Source of the DNA: Malacoraja senta
Taxonomy: Eukaryota
Reading direction: 5' to 3'
Assembly (NCBI GenBank): GCA_038087875.1
Contig: CM075998.1
Span: forward strand, 7,070,001 to 7,134,000
DNA: 64,000 nt
Position numbers and translations under genes: made by a program. The notes below the pieces were generated by a model. It saw only the letters and a list, made by a program, of their open reading frames with translations, was not told where the DNA came from and did no database searches. Of this stretch, positions 12,483 to 25,413 are shown in pieces. Every line of letters starts with the position of its first letter. Position 1 is the first letter of the stretch.

Positions 12483-13109
12483 CAGAAACATAGAACATAA
12501 TAGGTGCAGGAGGAGGCCATTCGGCCCTTCGAGCCAGCACCGCCATTCATTGCGATCATGGCTGATCATCCACAATCAGTAACCCGTGCCTGCCTTATCC
12601 CCATATCCCTTGATTCCACTAGCCCCTAGAGCTCTATCTAATTCTCATTTCAATTCATCCAGTGAATTGGCCTCCACTGCCTTCTGTGGCAGAGAATTCC
12701 ACAAATTCACAACTCTCTGGGTGAAACTGTTTTTTCTCATCTCAGTTTTAAATGGACTCCCCTTTATTTTTAGACTGTGGCCCCTGGTTCCCCAAACATT
12801 GGGAACATTTTTCCTGCATCTAGCTTGTCCAGTCCTTTTATAATTTTACATGTTTCTATAAGATTCCTCTCATCCTTCTAAATTCCAGTGAATACAAACC
12901 CAGCCGCTCCATTTTCTCAGCATATGACAGTCCCTCCTGCGAATTAACCTTGTAAACCTACGCTGCACTGCCTCAATAGCAGGGATTTCATTCCTCAAAT
13001 TAGGAGACCAAAACTGCACACAATACTCCAGGTGTGGTCTCACCAGGGCCCTGTACAACTGCAGTAGGACCTCTTTACTCCTATACTCAACTCCTCTCGT
13101 TATGAAGGC
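12483..13109 (-). mobile_element. CR1/HER1 LINE 3' fragment
   Basis: Tail agaaacatagaacat; ORF 12870-13121 with LYRALVRPHLEYCVQFWSP. Confidence 0.85.
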
Positions 13110-13491
13110 TGTAGGTGCCATTTAGCTTGGAATGTTTATTATGATCATGTCTGGTTACCGTTAATTTTTATCTGCCTGTAATTATGTGGGTGGGATATAT
13201 ACGTAGTCTGGGGCGTGTTCGCAGCTAGGAATCTGGCACAGACTCCCAGATAGTTTAGTTTAGTTCAATGAAGACTATGGAGAAGATATAGTTTTTGACC
13301 ATGGTCACGACATGATCACGAGTATATATGCTGGAAAACATGTACTTATACAAGAAGACGTTTTTATGTGACTTTACTGTTTTGTACTACTACAATAAAG
13401 AAACTATTAATCAAGAGACTGTTTCTGGAATATTCATCTTTCGACCGCATTGAATGTCTCGTGGAGAGCTCTTGTTTTACTACCAGAGAGA
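13110..13491 (+). repeat. Candidate 5' LTR of the BEL/Pao element
   Basis: Starts with TG exactly where CR1 homology stops; polyA signal near 13395; 3' boundary uncertain because no second LTR is in the window. Confidence 0.5.
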
Positions 13492-15424
13492 CAGAAGATT
13501 GGGCTGGATCTCTATGAGAGATTACTGCCTGAAGAACTGGTTCCATAGAAGTGGAACTGACAAAACTAAATCTCAGTAAGAGATTATAACTTGACCTGGA
13601 TTAGAACCTACCTGCCCTTAGGTTAAAAGACATGGCGGGACATCTGGATCATCGGAAGAAAGAAGACTTCATTGACCAAGCAAGAGCCGTGAATAAGAAT
13701 CACTAATTGATATACCAGAGAAATATCTGCAATATATGTATATGTCTTTGACAAAGTAGCTTGTCTGAAAAATTCAGTCAAAGTATGTTTTCAGTAGCTG
13801 GAGATAAGGAAGCTCTAAACAAGCCAGCTGTGACCTTGGAAGGCTGGGCTTTAATTGAAACTGAGAGGATTTGTTTGGATTCCTTGCAAGATAAGCTATT
13901 TTGCACTTGGAAAATAATTAGTTGTTTCCGAATAACTGCCAGATTGTTTTGGTGACCTTCAAAATAATTGGATTATTTTGGAACAGTGTGCCATGTGCTA
14001 ATTGCCAGCTCTAAAAGGGAATACGACATGGCAGGCAGCCTGCCAAGGATATGCAGCCATGGAATCTTCAACAGGTAAGCCAGGCGAAGAAGAGCCACAG
14101 GAGGGAGACGAAGAGCCGAGCCAGAGAAGATGCAGCAAGCGAACCATCAAACTCACTGAACTCTTTAGGTATGTTAAGGGAAAAAGAGTAGCAAAGTCAA
14201 ATGTGGGTCCCTTGAAGGCAGACACGGGTGAAATTATTATGGGTAACAAGGAAATGGCAGAAGAGTTGAACAGGTACTTCGCATCTGTCTTCACTAAGGA
14301 AGGCACAAACAATCTCCCAGACGTACTGGAGGACAGAGGATCTAAGGGGGTAGAGGAACTGAAATAATTTTTTATTAGGCGAGAAATAGTATTGGGTAGG
14401 CTAATGGGACTGAAGGATGATAAATCCCCTGGACCTGACGGTCTGCATCCCAGGGTCCTCAGGGAGTTGGCTCTAGAAATAGTGGACGCATTGGTGATCA
14501 TTTTCCAATGTTCAATAGATTCAGGATCAGTTCCTGTGGATTGGAGGATAGCTAATGCTATCCCACTTTTCAAGAAAGGAGCGAGAGAGAAAACGGGGAA
14601 TTACAGACCAGTTAGCCGAACTTCGGTGGTGGGAAAGATGCTGGAGTCAATTATTAAAGAGGTAATAATGGGGCATTTGGATAGCAGTAAAAGGATTAGT
14701 CCAAGTCAACATGGATTTATGAAAGGGAAATCCTGCTCGACTAATCTTCTGGAATTTTTTGAGGATGCGACAAGTAAAATGGATGAAGGGGAGCCAGTGG
14801 ATGTAGTGTATCTAGACTTTCAGAAAGCCTTTGATAAGGTCCCGCACGGGAGACTGGTGACTAAAATTAGAGCACATGGTATCGGGGGTAGGGTGTTGAC
14901 TTGGATAGAAAATTGGTTGGCAGACAGGAAGCAAAGAGTAGGAGTGAACGGGTCCTTTTCAGAATGGCAGGCAGTGGCGAGTGGAGTGCCGCAAGGCTCG
15001 GTGTTGGGGCCGCAACTGTTTACCATATATATTAATGATTTGGAAGAGGGAATTAGGAGCAACACTAGCAAGTTTGTGGATGACCCAAAGCTGGGTGGCA
15101 GTGTGAACTGTGAAGAGGATGTTAGGAGGTTGCAGGGTGACCTGGACAGGTTGAGTGAGTGGGCAGATGCGTGGCAGATGCAGTATAATACAGATAAATG
15201 TGAGGTTATTCACTTTGGTGGCAAAAACAAGGGGGCAGATTATTATCTCAATGGGGTTAGGTTAGGTAAGGGGGAGGTGCAGCGAGACCTGGGTGTCCTT
15301 GTACACCGGTCACTGAAAGTTGGCGTGCAGGTACAGCAGGCAATGAAGAAAGCTAATGGAATGTTGGCCTTCATAACAAGAGGATTTCAGTATAGGAGTA
15401 AAGAGGTTCTTCTTCAGTTGTATA

Positions 15425-15950
15425 ACCATATAACCATATAACCATTACAGCACGGAAACACAGTATCTCGGCCCTTCAAGTCCGTGCCGAACATTTAAAA
15501 AAAATATTTAAATAAATACTTCCCCCTAGTCCCATCTACCTGCACTCAGACCATAACCCTCCATTCCTTTCCCGTCCATATACCCATCCAATCTATTTTT
15601 AAAGGATAAAATCGAACCAGCCTCCACCACTTCCACTGGAAGCTCATTCCACACAGCTACCACTCTCTGAGTAAAGAAGTTCCCCCTAATGTTACCCCTA
15701 AACTTCTGTCCCTTAATTCTCAAGTCATGTCTCCTTGTTTGAATCTTCCCTACTCTCAATGGAAAAAGCTTATCCACGTCAACTCTGTCTAACCCGCTCA
15801 TAATTTTAAAGACCTCTATCAAGTCCCCTCTTAACCTTCTGCGCTCCAAAGAATAAAGACCTAACTTGTTCAACCTTTCTCTGTAACTTAGTTGCTGAAA
15901 CCCAGGCAACATTCCAGTAAATCTCCTCTGTACTCTCTCTATTTTGTTGA
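15425..15950 (-). mobile_element. CR1 3' fragment of another subfamily nested in CR1
   Basis: ORF 15526-16017 (LERRRLRGDLIEVFK); tail seen as (ataaccat)n on plus strand. Confidence 0.85.
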
Positions 15951-16398
15951 CTCTGGTAAGGGCTCTGGTAAGACCACATAGGTCTATAGGGCTCTGGTAA
16001 GACCACATCTGGACCACATAGGTCTATAGGGCTCTGGTACGACCACATCTGGAGTATTGTGTACAGTTTTGGTCTCCTAATTTGAGGAAGGACATCCTTG
16101 TGATTGAGGCAGTGCAGCGTAGGTTCACGAGATTGATCCCTGGGATGGCGCGACTGTCATATGAGGAAAGATTGAAAAGACTAGGCTTGTATTCAATGGA
16201 GTTTAGAAGGATGAGGGGGGATCTTATAGAAACATATAAAATTATAAAAGGGCTGGACAAGCTCGATGCAGGAAAAATGTTCCCAATTTTGGGCGAGTCC
16301 AGAACCAGGGGCCACAGTCTTAGAATAAAGGGAAGGCCATTTAAGACTGAGGTGAAAAAAAACGTTTTCACCCAAAGAGTAGTGAATTTGTGGAATTC

Positions 16399-16666
16399 AG
16401 ATTCAGATTCAGTTTCAATTTTATTGTCATTGCACTTTTCAGTATAACAAAATGGTTTAGCCTGCAGTCATAACAAAGAATAAATAACAAAACACACACT
16501 CTACACAGTTTTACATCCACAAACAGTGAGTCCAGCAGGCACCTCCTCACTGTGATGGAAGGCAAAAGTCCCAAAGTCCTTGTCTCTTCCCTCCTTGCTC
16601 TCCCTCTGCGCTGAGGCGATCCAGGCCTCCGATGTTGTGACCCCGCCGGGTGATGGTAAGCAAGTC
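16399..16666 (-). mobile_element. Unclassified SINE-like retroposon with (ctgaat)n tail
   Basis: Interrupts CR1 at gtggaattc|actgccacag; shares tttgccttccatcacagtgaggagg and tgactgcag...aatgacaa with 32378-32840. Confidence 0.6.
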
Positions 16667-18976
16667 ACTGCCACAGAAGGCAGTGGAGGCCAAATCACTG
16701 GATGGATTTAAGAGAGAATTAGATAGAGCTCTAGGGGCTAGTGAAATCAAGGGATATGGGGAGAAGGCAGGCACGGGTTATTGATTGGGGACGATCAGCC
16801 ATGATCACAATGAATGGCGGAGCTGGCTCGAAGGGCCGAATGGCCTGCTCCTGCACCTATTTTCTATGAAAAGGCCCAAGCTGCATTTTTGGCAAAATGC
16901 CAGAAGTAAAGACAAAAGTTATGGATGCAGATTCATAAGTTCATCGAAATCCAGGAGGAACTTTTGAAGAGAATATAAAAGAAGTAAAATCTAATCAGGT
17001 TCGATTTGGTCAACGTCCGCCTTCAGGTTGGACAAAACCACGGCTTAATACTGGGTTTACCACTGTCAAAGGAGAAAAGCCAAAGGTAAAATCAGTGGTT
17101 TCAAGAGAAGAAGGAATCTTTTGATGGTTTCATGGAAAACGTAGAAAAATGGTTATTTGAAATTGAACAGAAAACCGCGTGCTCTACAGTCGGAGAAGCT
17201 ATGCAACAAGGTACCCTAATTGAAGAAGAAGAAACACCACAAGATAGTGTCTCAAACGTCTCTGCACGAAGACCAAGACATAAGTCTGGTTCTGTAGCGA
17301 GTTCAATCTCAAGAGTCTCTGCTCAAATGAAAGCCGCAGCTGAATTAGCTGCTCTCTCGCTAAAAGCTGCCGCCTTGGAGAAAAAATATGAGATTGGGGA
17401 ACAAGAAGAACAGCTGAAAAGAAATGAAGCACAGCTGAAAAGAGAGGCTGAGGAACAAAAAAGGCAGAAGGAACAGCTGGTACTGGGCACGAAACGAGCA
17501 GTTGTCAAGGAAAAGAAGGAGATACTGGAAGGTCAAGGCACAAGATGTGGCTCGAGAATATCTCAGAAGAAAAGTTCCTTAATAGGAAAGGAAGCAGCAC
17601 CTAGATCGTACCCATGACCAGAGTCACTCTGGCTTCACGACCCACAGCTAGAAGCCAGTGGGTAGGCGCCTAACAAAACTTCATTTCAGCAACAAGGTGC
17701 TAGACCAAAGCCATATCTGTCAGGGCTTGTGACAAAACTTCAATTCAGCATCCGCTTTGGGGGCCTGATATGCAGCCTCAAGCAAGCCAACATCGGCAGA
17801 TGCCTGATTATCATTCATTTGTTCCCAGCCAGGGACCAATAACCAGTCATGGGGCTCGTGACATAGCTTATCCAGATACATACTCCTCGCACACGCCTGT
17901 TTATTATCCATCTGTGTCCAACCAGGGATCTCAAAGTGAATTCTATGAATTGGTGAAGAATCAAACGAAAATCAGCGAGCTCATAGCGTAACAAAATATC
18001 CTTTCCACCTTACCTCTGCCCGCAGGTGAGGGCTATCAAGCAGCTAGAGAGTTGCTCAAAGAATGTTTTGGTAACGAACAGAAGATTGCTAATGCTTACA
18101 TGAAGAAGGCCTTTGCCTGGTCGGTTATCAAGGCGGATGATGTGGATGCATTGCTCGAGTTTGCGATGTTTCTTAGAGGTTGTTGTAACTCGATGAGCAA
18201 ACTCAACCACATGGATGAATTGAATGTTGTTGGTAATATGCAGGCTATTATTCTTAAACTGCCCTTCAGAAGCCATGTTTCCTGATCTGGTGAATTTCAA
18301 AACCAGGGAAGTATGATTTATATCAAGTCTACGCCATGGGAATATTCAAGATCCAAAATCAGTAAAGGTTCTACCTTTACTAAAGCAAAAAGAAGACCAG
18401 GACCTGAGGGAAGTAGTTTTGCTACTGCTGTAATACCTGTAGAAACAAAAGGTGAAAAGAAAGGAGATACATCTACTATTAAGCCACAAGGGGTTTGTTT
18501 GTGGTGTGATAAAGTTATTCACACCATAAGGTGGTGTCTAAAATTCAAGAAGAAGGAATATATAGAAAAGATGGATTTCTTAAAGGAGAAGGGAATCTGT
18601 TTTGGATGATTGAAGAACGTACACATGGTTAAAGACTGCACGAGTCGTATGACTGGCGATAAGTGTAAACAGGATCATCATGGATTACTTCACTGAACAG
18701 AAGAAGACGGAAAAGAAGACGGGGCAAATAGTACAGGAGGAGAAGTTATGCACATAAGTGCACATATAGGGGCCGGGGTAGAAACCTGTATCTTCTCCAT
18801 CTTACCAGTGCAGGTAAAGAATAACAAGATGAATTCAGTGTTGCAAACATATGCATTTTGGGATCATGGAAGTTCTGCTACCTTTTGTACAGAAAGCTTG
18901 ATGAGAAGGCTGGACATTACAGGAGAAAAGGTTAAGATTCTATTGCCAACCATGAATGAAGGGAAAGAGTGCGTTA

Positions 18977-21900
18977 TGGGGGGGTGCGCTGCTCGGCTGC
19001 GCACTGCATTCCAGTCTGCTCCATTTGTGTCTTGATTAAAGTTGTTTAAAAACATTTAAAATGTTGTCTAACATGTCCCATCTGTAAGTCTGCCTATGTA
19101 CATACTGTAGTATGATATGTGTGCCCTCAAACCTAGGCTTTTGTATCTGTGGATTATTCCGTGGATTATTGGCCTTTGTCTGTCGGTGCAAACTAATACA
19201 CACCTGAGTGGCGTCAAACCACTTCTACCGTTCAATGTTGGATAACATCCCTCAGGAACTGATTAAAATTAAAAGGGAAAGGAAAAGGAAACGAGGAAGA
19301 AGAGGGGGTATTCGGAACCGCCTACGACGGAGATTCAATCGGCAGCCACTTCCATCCATCATCCTTACAAACCTGCGCTCGTTAAACAACAAAGTGGACA
19401 CGATACGAACATGTACGAGGTACTGTAATGAATTCCGTGAGGCATCTTTATTGTGCTTCACGGAAAGCTGGTTGCAATCGACAATGCCAGATTCCCTCTT
19501 TGAACTACCCAGATTCACCTTAGCTGTCTCTGGAAAAACTAAGGGAGGCGGCATTTGTGAATACATTAACGATCTTTGGTGCCGTGCGTACTCAGTAGAA
19601 TATAAGATCTGTGACCCCAATGTAGAAATTCTCGGCATGTTGTTAAGACCTTTCTATTTGCCTCGAGAATTTGGGTGCATTTTGCTGTTTGTTGTATACG
19701 TGCCTCCCAGCGGCAAAGTGTCATTGGCGGCCGGGACAATAGCGGACTGCGTTCATGAACTAAAACCCAACTACCCCGACGCACCGGCAATAGTGCTTGG
19801 GGATCTGTGTTACCTGGATTCGAACAGTACATAAAGATAAACCCAGAAAAGATAATATCTTGGACAAATGTTATGTAAATGTTAAAGGGGCCTATGCACC
19901 CAAGTGTAAGCCACCCATATTGAATTCTGATCATAATGTTGTGCACATGATTCCTGTGTATAAGACCACATTTAAGAGAAGTAAACCAGAAAAGAAAGTG
20001 ATAAGGACATGGACAAATGAACATAGGGAACAACTGAAAGCCTGTTTTGAATTGACGGACTGGGAAACCTTTCAGGAGGGTTCACTAGATGAAATAACCA
20101 TAGTTACAAATGATTATATTGATTTTTGTGTACAGTTGGTTGTACCCACTAAGGAGATTAAAATCTATCCCAACAACAAATCATTTGTAACTAAGGACAT
20201 AAAAAAAGTAATAAATACAAGGAAAGTGGCTTTCAAAAACAAAGATTCTGAAGCACTTAAACAGACAGAAAAAGAACCGAAAATAAGATTGAGAGAAGCA
20301 CAATTGGCACACAGACAGCATCTGGAAGATGCTTTCAGAGCCAATAACTCCAAAAAGGTGTGGGATACAATGAAATCTATGACAGGAATGTCAACCCCAT
20401 CTAAATCTATTGTGACAGATAACAAACCATTTCTCTCCAATGAACTCAACACTTTTTTTGCCAGATTTGAATCCCTAGATAATTCTACCAAGTGCACCGA
20501 CATCCTTCAATCTGTTATACCTGCTGACTGGGACAGAATTGTCATCACTGTTGAAGATGTCAGGATAACATTTCAGCGTACAAATACAAGGAAAGCTGCT
20601 GGGCCGGATGGATGGATGGATGCAGAGCTTTCCTCTTGAGGAACTTTGCAACACAGCTGGCTCCAGTGTGGCAACAAATCTTTCAGGCCTCTGTAGACAC
20701 ACACACTGTCCCTCTGTTATGGAAAACTTTGCATATAAAACCTTTGCCCAAGAATACATGTCCCAAAGAATATAAGGATTTCAGACCCATAGCCCTTACA
20801 TCGGTGATTATGAAATCTCTCGAAATAATTTTGCTCCAACATTTCATCAGTACCACAAAAAATAAACTCGACCCATATCAATTTGCCCATAAGCAGGGCT
20901 GTGGCACGGAAGATGCTGTTGCCTCCTTAGTTCATATTATCTCTCAACACTTAGACAAACCCAACGGCTATGCAAGAGCCCTCTTTCTAGATTTTTCATC
21001 AGCTTTCAACACAATTCAATCAGACATTTTGGTGTCAAAAATGGTCCAGCAGGAACTAAATCCCTAACTGATTCACTGGTATGCTTCCTTTCTCACCAGC
21101 AGAGTACAGATAGTAAAGGTGAATAAAACCCTTTCATCTGCCATCACAACCAACGTCGGGGCCCCCCAGGGTTGTGTGAGTTCAGTCATGCTGTTTACCT
21201 TTTACACTGATGATTGTCGTACAGATACACCCAATCAATATAGTCTAAAGTATTCAGATGATACAGTTCTATTATCTCTGTTAAGTAACTCAGACAACCC
21301 TGGGCTGCACCAACTCGGTGTGAACAAACAGGTCGAGTGGACTGAAAATAATGCCCTTGAGATTATCATAAAGAAAACAGAAGAGATTGTATTTGACTCA
21401 CCATCTGACTCTCATAAAGTTTCACTTTTTACCAATAACGGAAAAATCAAGCAGGTGTCTTCATTTAAATAGTTGGGGGTAACGATAGCCTATCAATTAT
21501 CATGGAATAACCACATTGATAAGATTTGCAATAAGACAAAACAAAGAATCTGGTTTCTCTGCCAACTAAGATCATTCGGAGCAAGTAAACAAATCCTTTT
21601 ATTATTTTTTACTGCCGCGATAATGAGTGATTAGCAGTATTGTAACACTACTTGGTACAAGAGTCTGTCTGCTACTTCTAAATCAAAACTGCTCCAACAA
21701 ATAAACATTTGCTCAAAGATTGTAGGTCAACCACTACAAACATTGTATCTACCATCCTACCTTAAAAACATACTAAGGATGGCCATTAACATTTCCTCTG
21801 ACACCAACCACGTTCTGAATAGTGAGTACAATTTGTTACCATCAAACCGGAGATATAGGGTTCCAAAATTTAATAAGGTTAGAATGAGGGGCTCTTTTGT

Positions 21901-22146
21901 GCACCAGTCAATCCTTGAACTAAACTCAGATCAAACCTACACTGACGGGTCATAAATGTGGTCTTCTGTTATTGTAATGTCTTATCGAATGTGGGTATTT
22001 TGGGATCCTGTCTTGATATCTTGATGCGTGTCTTCTTTCGCCCCTCTTGTCTTTTTTGTGATGCTGTAAATGGAGCTTCTGTGATGCAAAACAAATTTCA
22101 GACTTGCTCTGGCAATAAAGTATTATCGTATCATATCGTATCGTAT
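18977..22146 (+). mobile_element. Rex1/Babar LINE, near full-length (APE plus RT), nested in BEL protease region
   Basis: RKRGRRGG..PLPSIILTNLRSLNNK; FTESWL; LRPFYLPREF; DFRPIALTS; LFLDFSSAFNTI; GAPQGCV; KYSDDT; tail (tatcg)n; cgtta on both sides. Confidence 0.9.
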
Positions 22147-25100
22147 CGTTAGTCATCACATTGCAGGTATAGAAATATCTAGCCTTTTATACCAATATCT
22201 GAGGTGTTTACACATGAGACCATGCCTGTTTGTCATCAAAATATGCCCAGGCATGAGGACTTGAGACAATGGCCTTAATTGAACGATGTCAAGATACCTG
22301 AAATAAATTCTGGTATCGACCTACTTATTGGAACGAATGCTTCTAAGGCATTAGAAGCTGAAGAGGTTATCAAGAGCCAAGGGGATGGACCGTTTGCTGT
22401 GAAAACCTTGCTAGGATGGGTGATCTACGGCTTCTTGAGAAGGAACAACCAAAGCAGGAACCAGAAAAACCACCCTGCTGCTGCTGTCAATCAAATATCT
22501 ACTGTTGAGGAGTTGTTGATCAAGCAATACAATCATGACTTCAGTGAAAGTACTGGTAAGGAATCGGAAGAAATGTCCAGAGAAGAATCCAAGTTTTGGA
22601 TATTATGAACCACTCAGCAAAGATCATAGGACACTATTGTCCAGACTTACCTTTCAAGCAAGAAAGCGTTGGTCTGCCAAATAATCGTCGCATGGCAGAG
22701 CAACGCAGCCAGAATCTTAAACGCAAGTTTGGCAAGAATAGGAAATTTAATGCGGAACATACATCTTTCCTGAAGGACATGATTGACAATGATTGTGTGG
22801 AAATGGTACCAACAGACCAGCTAAATCGAAGTGTCGCAGAGCTTTGGTACATTCCGCACCATGGGGTGTACCGTTCGAAGAAAGGGACCCTGAGGGTGGT
22901 CTTTGTGCTGCAGTCTTCAAAGGAACATCACTTAAACTGTCAACGACTACAGCGTCCGGACCTTACTAACTCATTGGAGTTCTTATGAAATTCAGACAAG
23001 AACCGTTTGATTTGATGGCGGATATTAAAGTGATGTTTCATCGTCAAAGTATCAAAAAAGCATATTGACTATTTGCGATTCCTATGGTGGCCTGATGGTG
23101 ATGTACAACAAGATCTCGTTGAATACCGGATGAAAGTACATCTCTTTGGAGTGGTGTCATCACCAAGTTGTGCAAATTTTGCATTAAGAAAGATCGCTGA
23201 GGACAATAAAGCTCACTTTCTAGAAGAAGTGGCAAACACAGTAAAGAATAACTTCTATGTAGATGATTGTTTAAAATCCATGTATACGGAGCAGGAAGCA
23301 CTTCAAATGGTAAAACATCTGACTTCTCTCTGCAATAAGGGAGGATTCATGCTATCCAAGTGGATCAGCAACAGCCTTGCTCTATTGGAAATCATTCCAC
23401 CAGATAACATTGCTAAAGAGACCAGATAATTGGATTTGGACAAAGACAATTTGCCAATGGAAAAAGCACTGGGACTGCACTGGTGTGTTGAAACAGATGT
23501 GTTCAAGTTCAGAATCTCGATTCAGGAGCGACCATGTGCAAGACGGGGCATCCTTTCTGTGATTGGTTCTGTTTACGACCCTTTGGGATTTTTTGCACCA
23601 TTTACACTGCCAGCCAGGTTAATTTTGCAGGGTCTCTGTAAGAAAATACCTGGATGGGATGAGAATGTAACGCAAACCTCTTCTCAGCGATGGACAGAAT
23701 GGTTAGCGGATCTTGACAAGATCTCGGAGTTCAAAGTGAATCGGTGTATGAAGCTGACAAACTTTGGTCAAATCAAATGTGAACAGCTACATCACTGTTC
23801 AGATGCTAGTGAACGTGGTTATGGTACTGTTTCATATCCAAGACTGGAAAATGATAACAATGAAGTACATGTTGCATTCTTAACGGAAAGGCCAGAGTGG
23901 CACCATTAAAGCAAATGACAATTCCCAGAATGGAACTTACTGCCGCAGTCTTGCCGGTTAAAGTTGACATAATGCTGCAAAAAGAACTACAGCTTCAACT
24001 GGAGAAATCTATCTTCTGGGGTGGTAGTACTATGGTGCTTAAATACTTTAATAATGAGAACAAACTTTTCTTGACATTCGCAGTGAACAGAATCTCTTTC
24101 GTAAGGGATGCTACTAATGTGTCGCAGTGGAAATATATTAACACAAAAGAAAATCCTGTGGATGAAGCTTCTAGAGGACTAACAGCAGACCGCTTCTTAA
24201 GCAATGAGATGGATCAATGGACTAGAGTTTCATGGTAAGCCGGACAGAGAATGGCCTAAGTATGAACTGGGATTGGAAATCTCTGCTAATGATCCAGAAT
24301 CAAGCAAAACGTCACCGTGAATGTTATTGCTAACGATTTATCGAACAAAACGAATGATTTAATTACCCACTTTTTCATCATGGAATAAGTTGATGACTGT
24401 GGTGGCTTGGTTTCTTAAAGACAAAACAAGGTTACTGCTGTTTGCTCGAATAAGGATAGAGATTGCTAAAAGTATTTCTGAAGAAGATCCTGAAATACTG
24501 GGGGAAATGGTTGAAAAGAAGATGCAAGCCTCTAAGGCATCGTACAACGTACAGGGTTTACATCTTGAGGATCTTCTCAGAGCAGAAAACGTGATTATTT
24601 CTCTCTGTCAAAGACAAAAATACAAAGAGGAAATATCGACGTTGGAAGCTGGAGTACATGGTGTCAAAAGAGAGTCAAATGTACAAGCTTGATCCAGTAT
24701 TGGAAGAAGGACTTCTGAGAGTAGGTGGTCGCCTGATAGAATAGCAATGCCTGAAGAGGCTAAGCATCCTATTATTCTCTCGAAGGACTTTCATATTTCA
24801 ACATTACGTTACGACGTATTCATGAACGAATCGGACATGGAGGAAAAAATCGCAACTTCATAAGAAATATTGGATTAGTAATGCTAACTCCGCCGCTAGA
24901 AAGATAATTTAAAAACTGTGTTGTGTGTAGGCGACAGCGTGGAAGAGTTGGAGAACAGAAGATGGTGGACTTACCTCTGGACAGGATTCAACCTGATAAA
25001 CCTCCATTTACAGATGTGGGGGTAGATTATTTCGTCCCAATTGAGGTTAAGAGAGGACGAAGCCTTGTAAAAAGTTATGGTGTCATCTTCACTTGCATGG

Positions 25101-25413
25101 TGAGCATCTTGAACTTGCATCTACACTTGATACAGACTCTTGTATTCATGCATAACGTAGATTTATTTGTCGAAGACGTCAAGTTTTATCATTAAGATCG
25201 AATAATGGTACGAATTTTGTTGGAGCGGAAAGAGAATTAAAAGAAGCACTTAAGGGCTTAATTCAGAATAAGATCCAGAATGCTAAGCTTCAACAAGGGA
25301 TAAGATGGAATTTGAATCCTCCAGCGGGATGTCATCATGGCGGTGTCTGGGAACGGTTGATCCGCATGGTTAGAAACGTGCTACGCTCTGTTCTTAAACA
25401 ACAAGTTCTGGAC

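Larger units (their letters stand above)
14161..16866 (+). mobile_element. CR1/HER1 LINE, 5'-truncated, inserted in BEL gag
   Basis: RT ORF 14392-15441 ([19 protein letters not shown]); C-terminus 16082-16400; tail near 16860; tgaa present on both sides. Confidence 0.9.
13110..25413 (+). mobile_element. BEL/Pao LTR retrotransposon, decayed, 3'-truncated, hosting nested insertions
   Basis: Candidate LTR from TGTAGGTGCC (13110) with AATAAA; gag start KRTIKLTE|KAQA split by CR1; Cys/His knuckles about 18490-18695; protease YAFWDHGSSATF; RT FYVDDCL; RNase H SDASERGYG and TIPRMELTAA; integrase PPFTDVGVDYF and HHGGVWERLIR. Confidence 0.88.
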
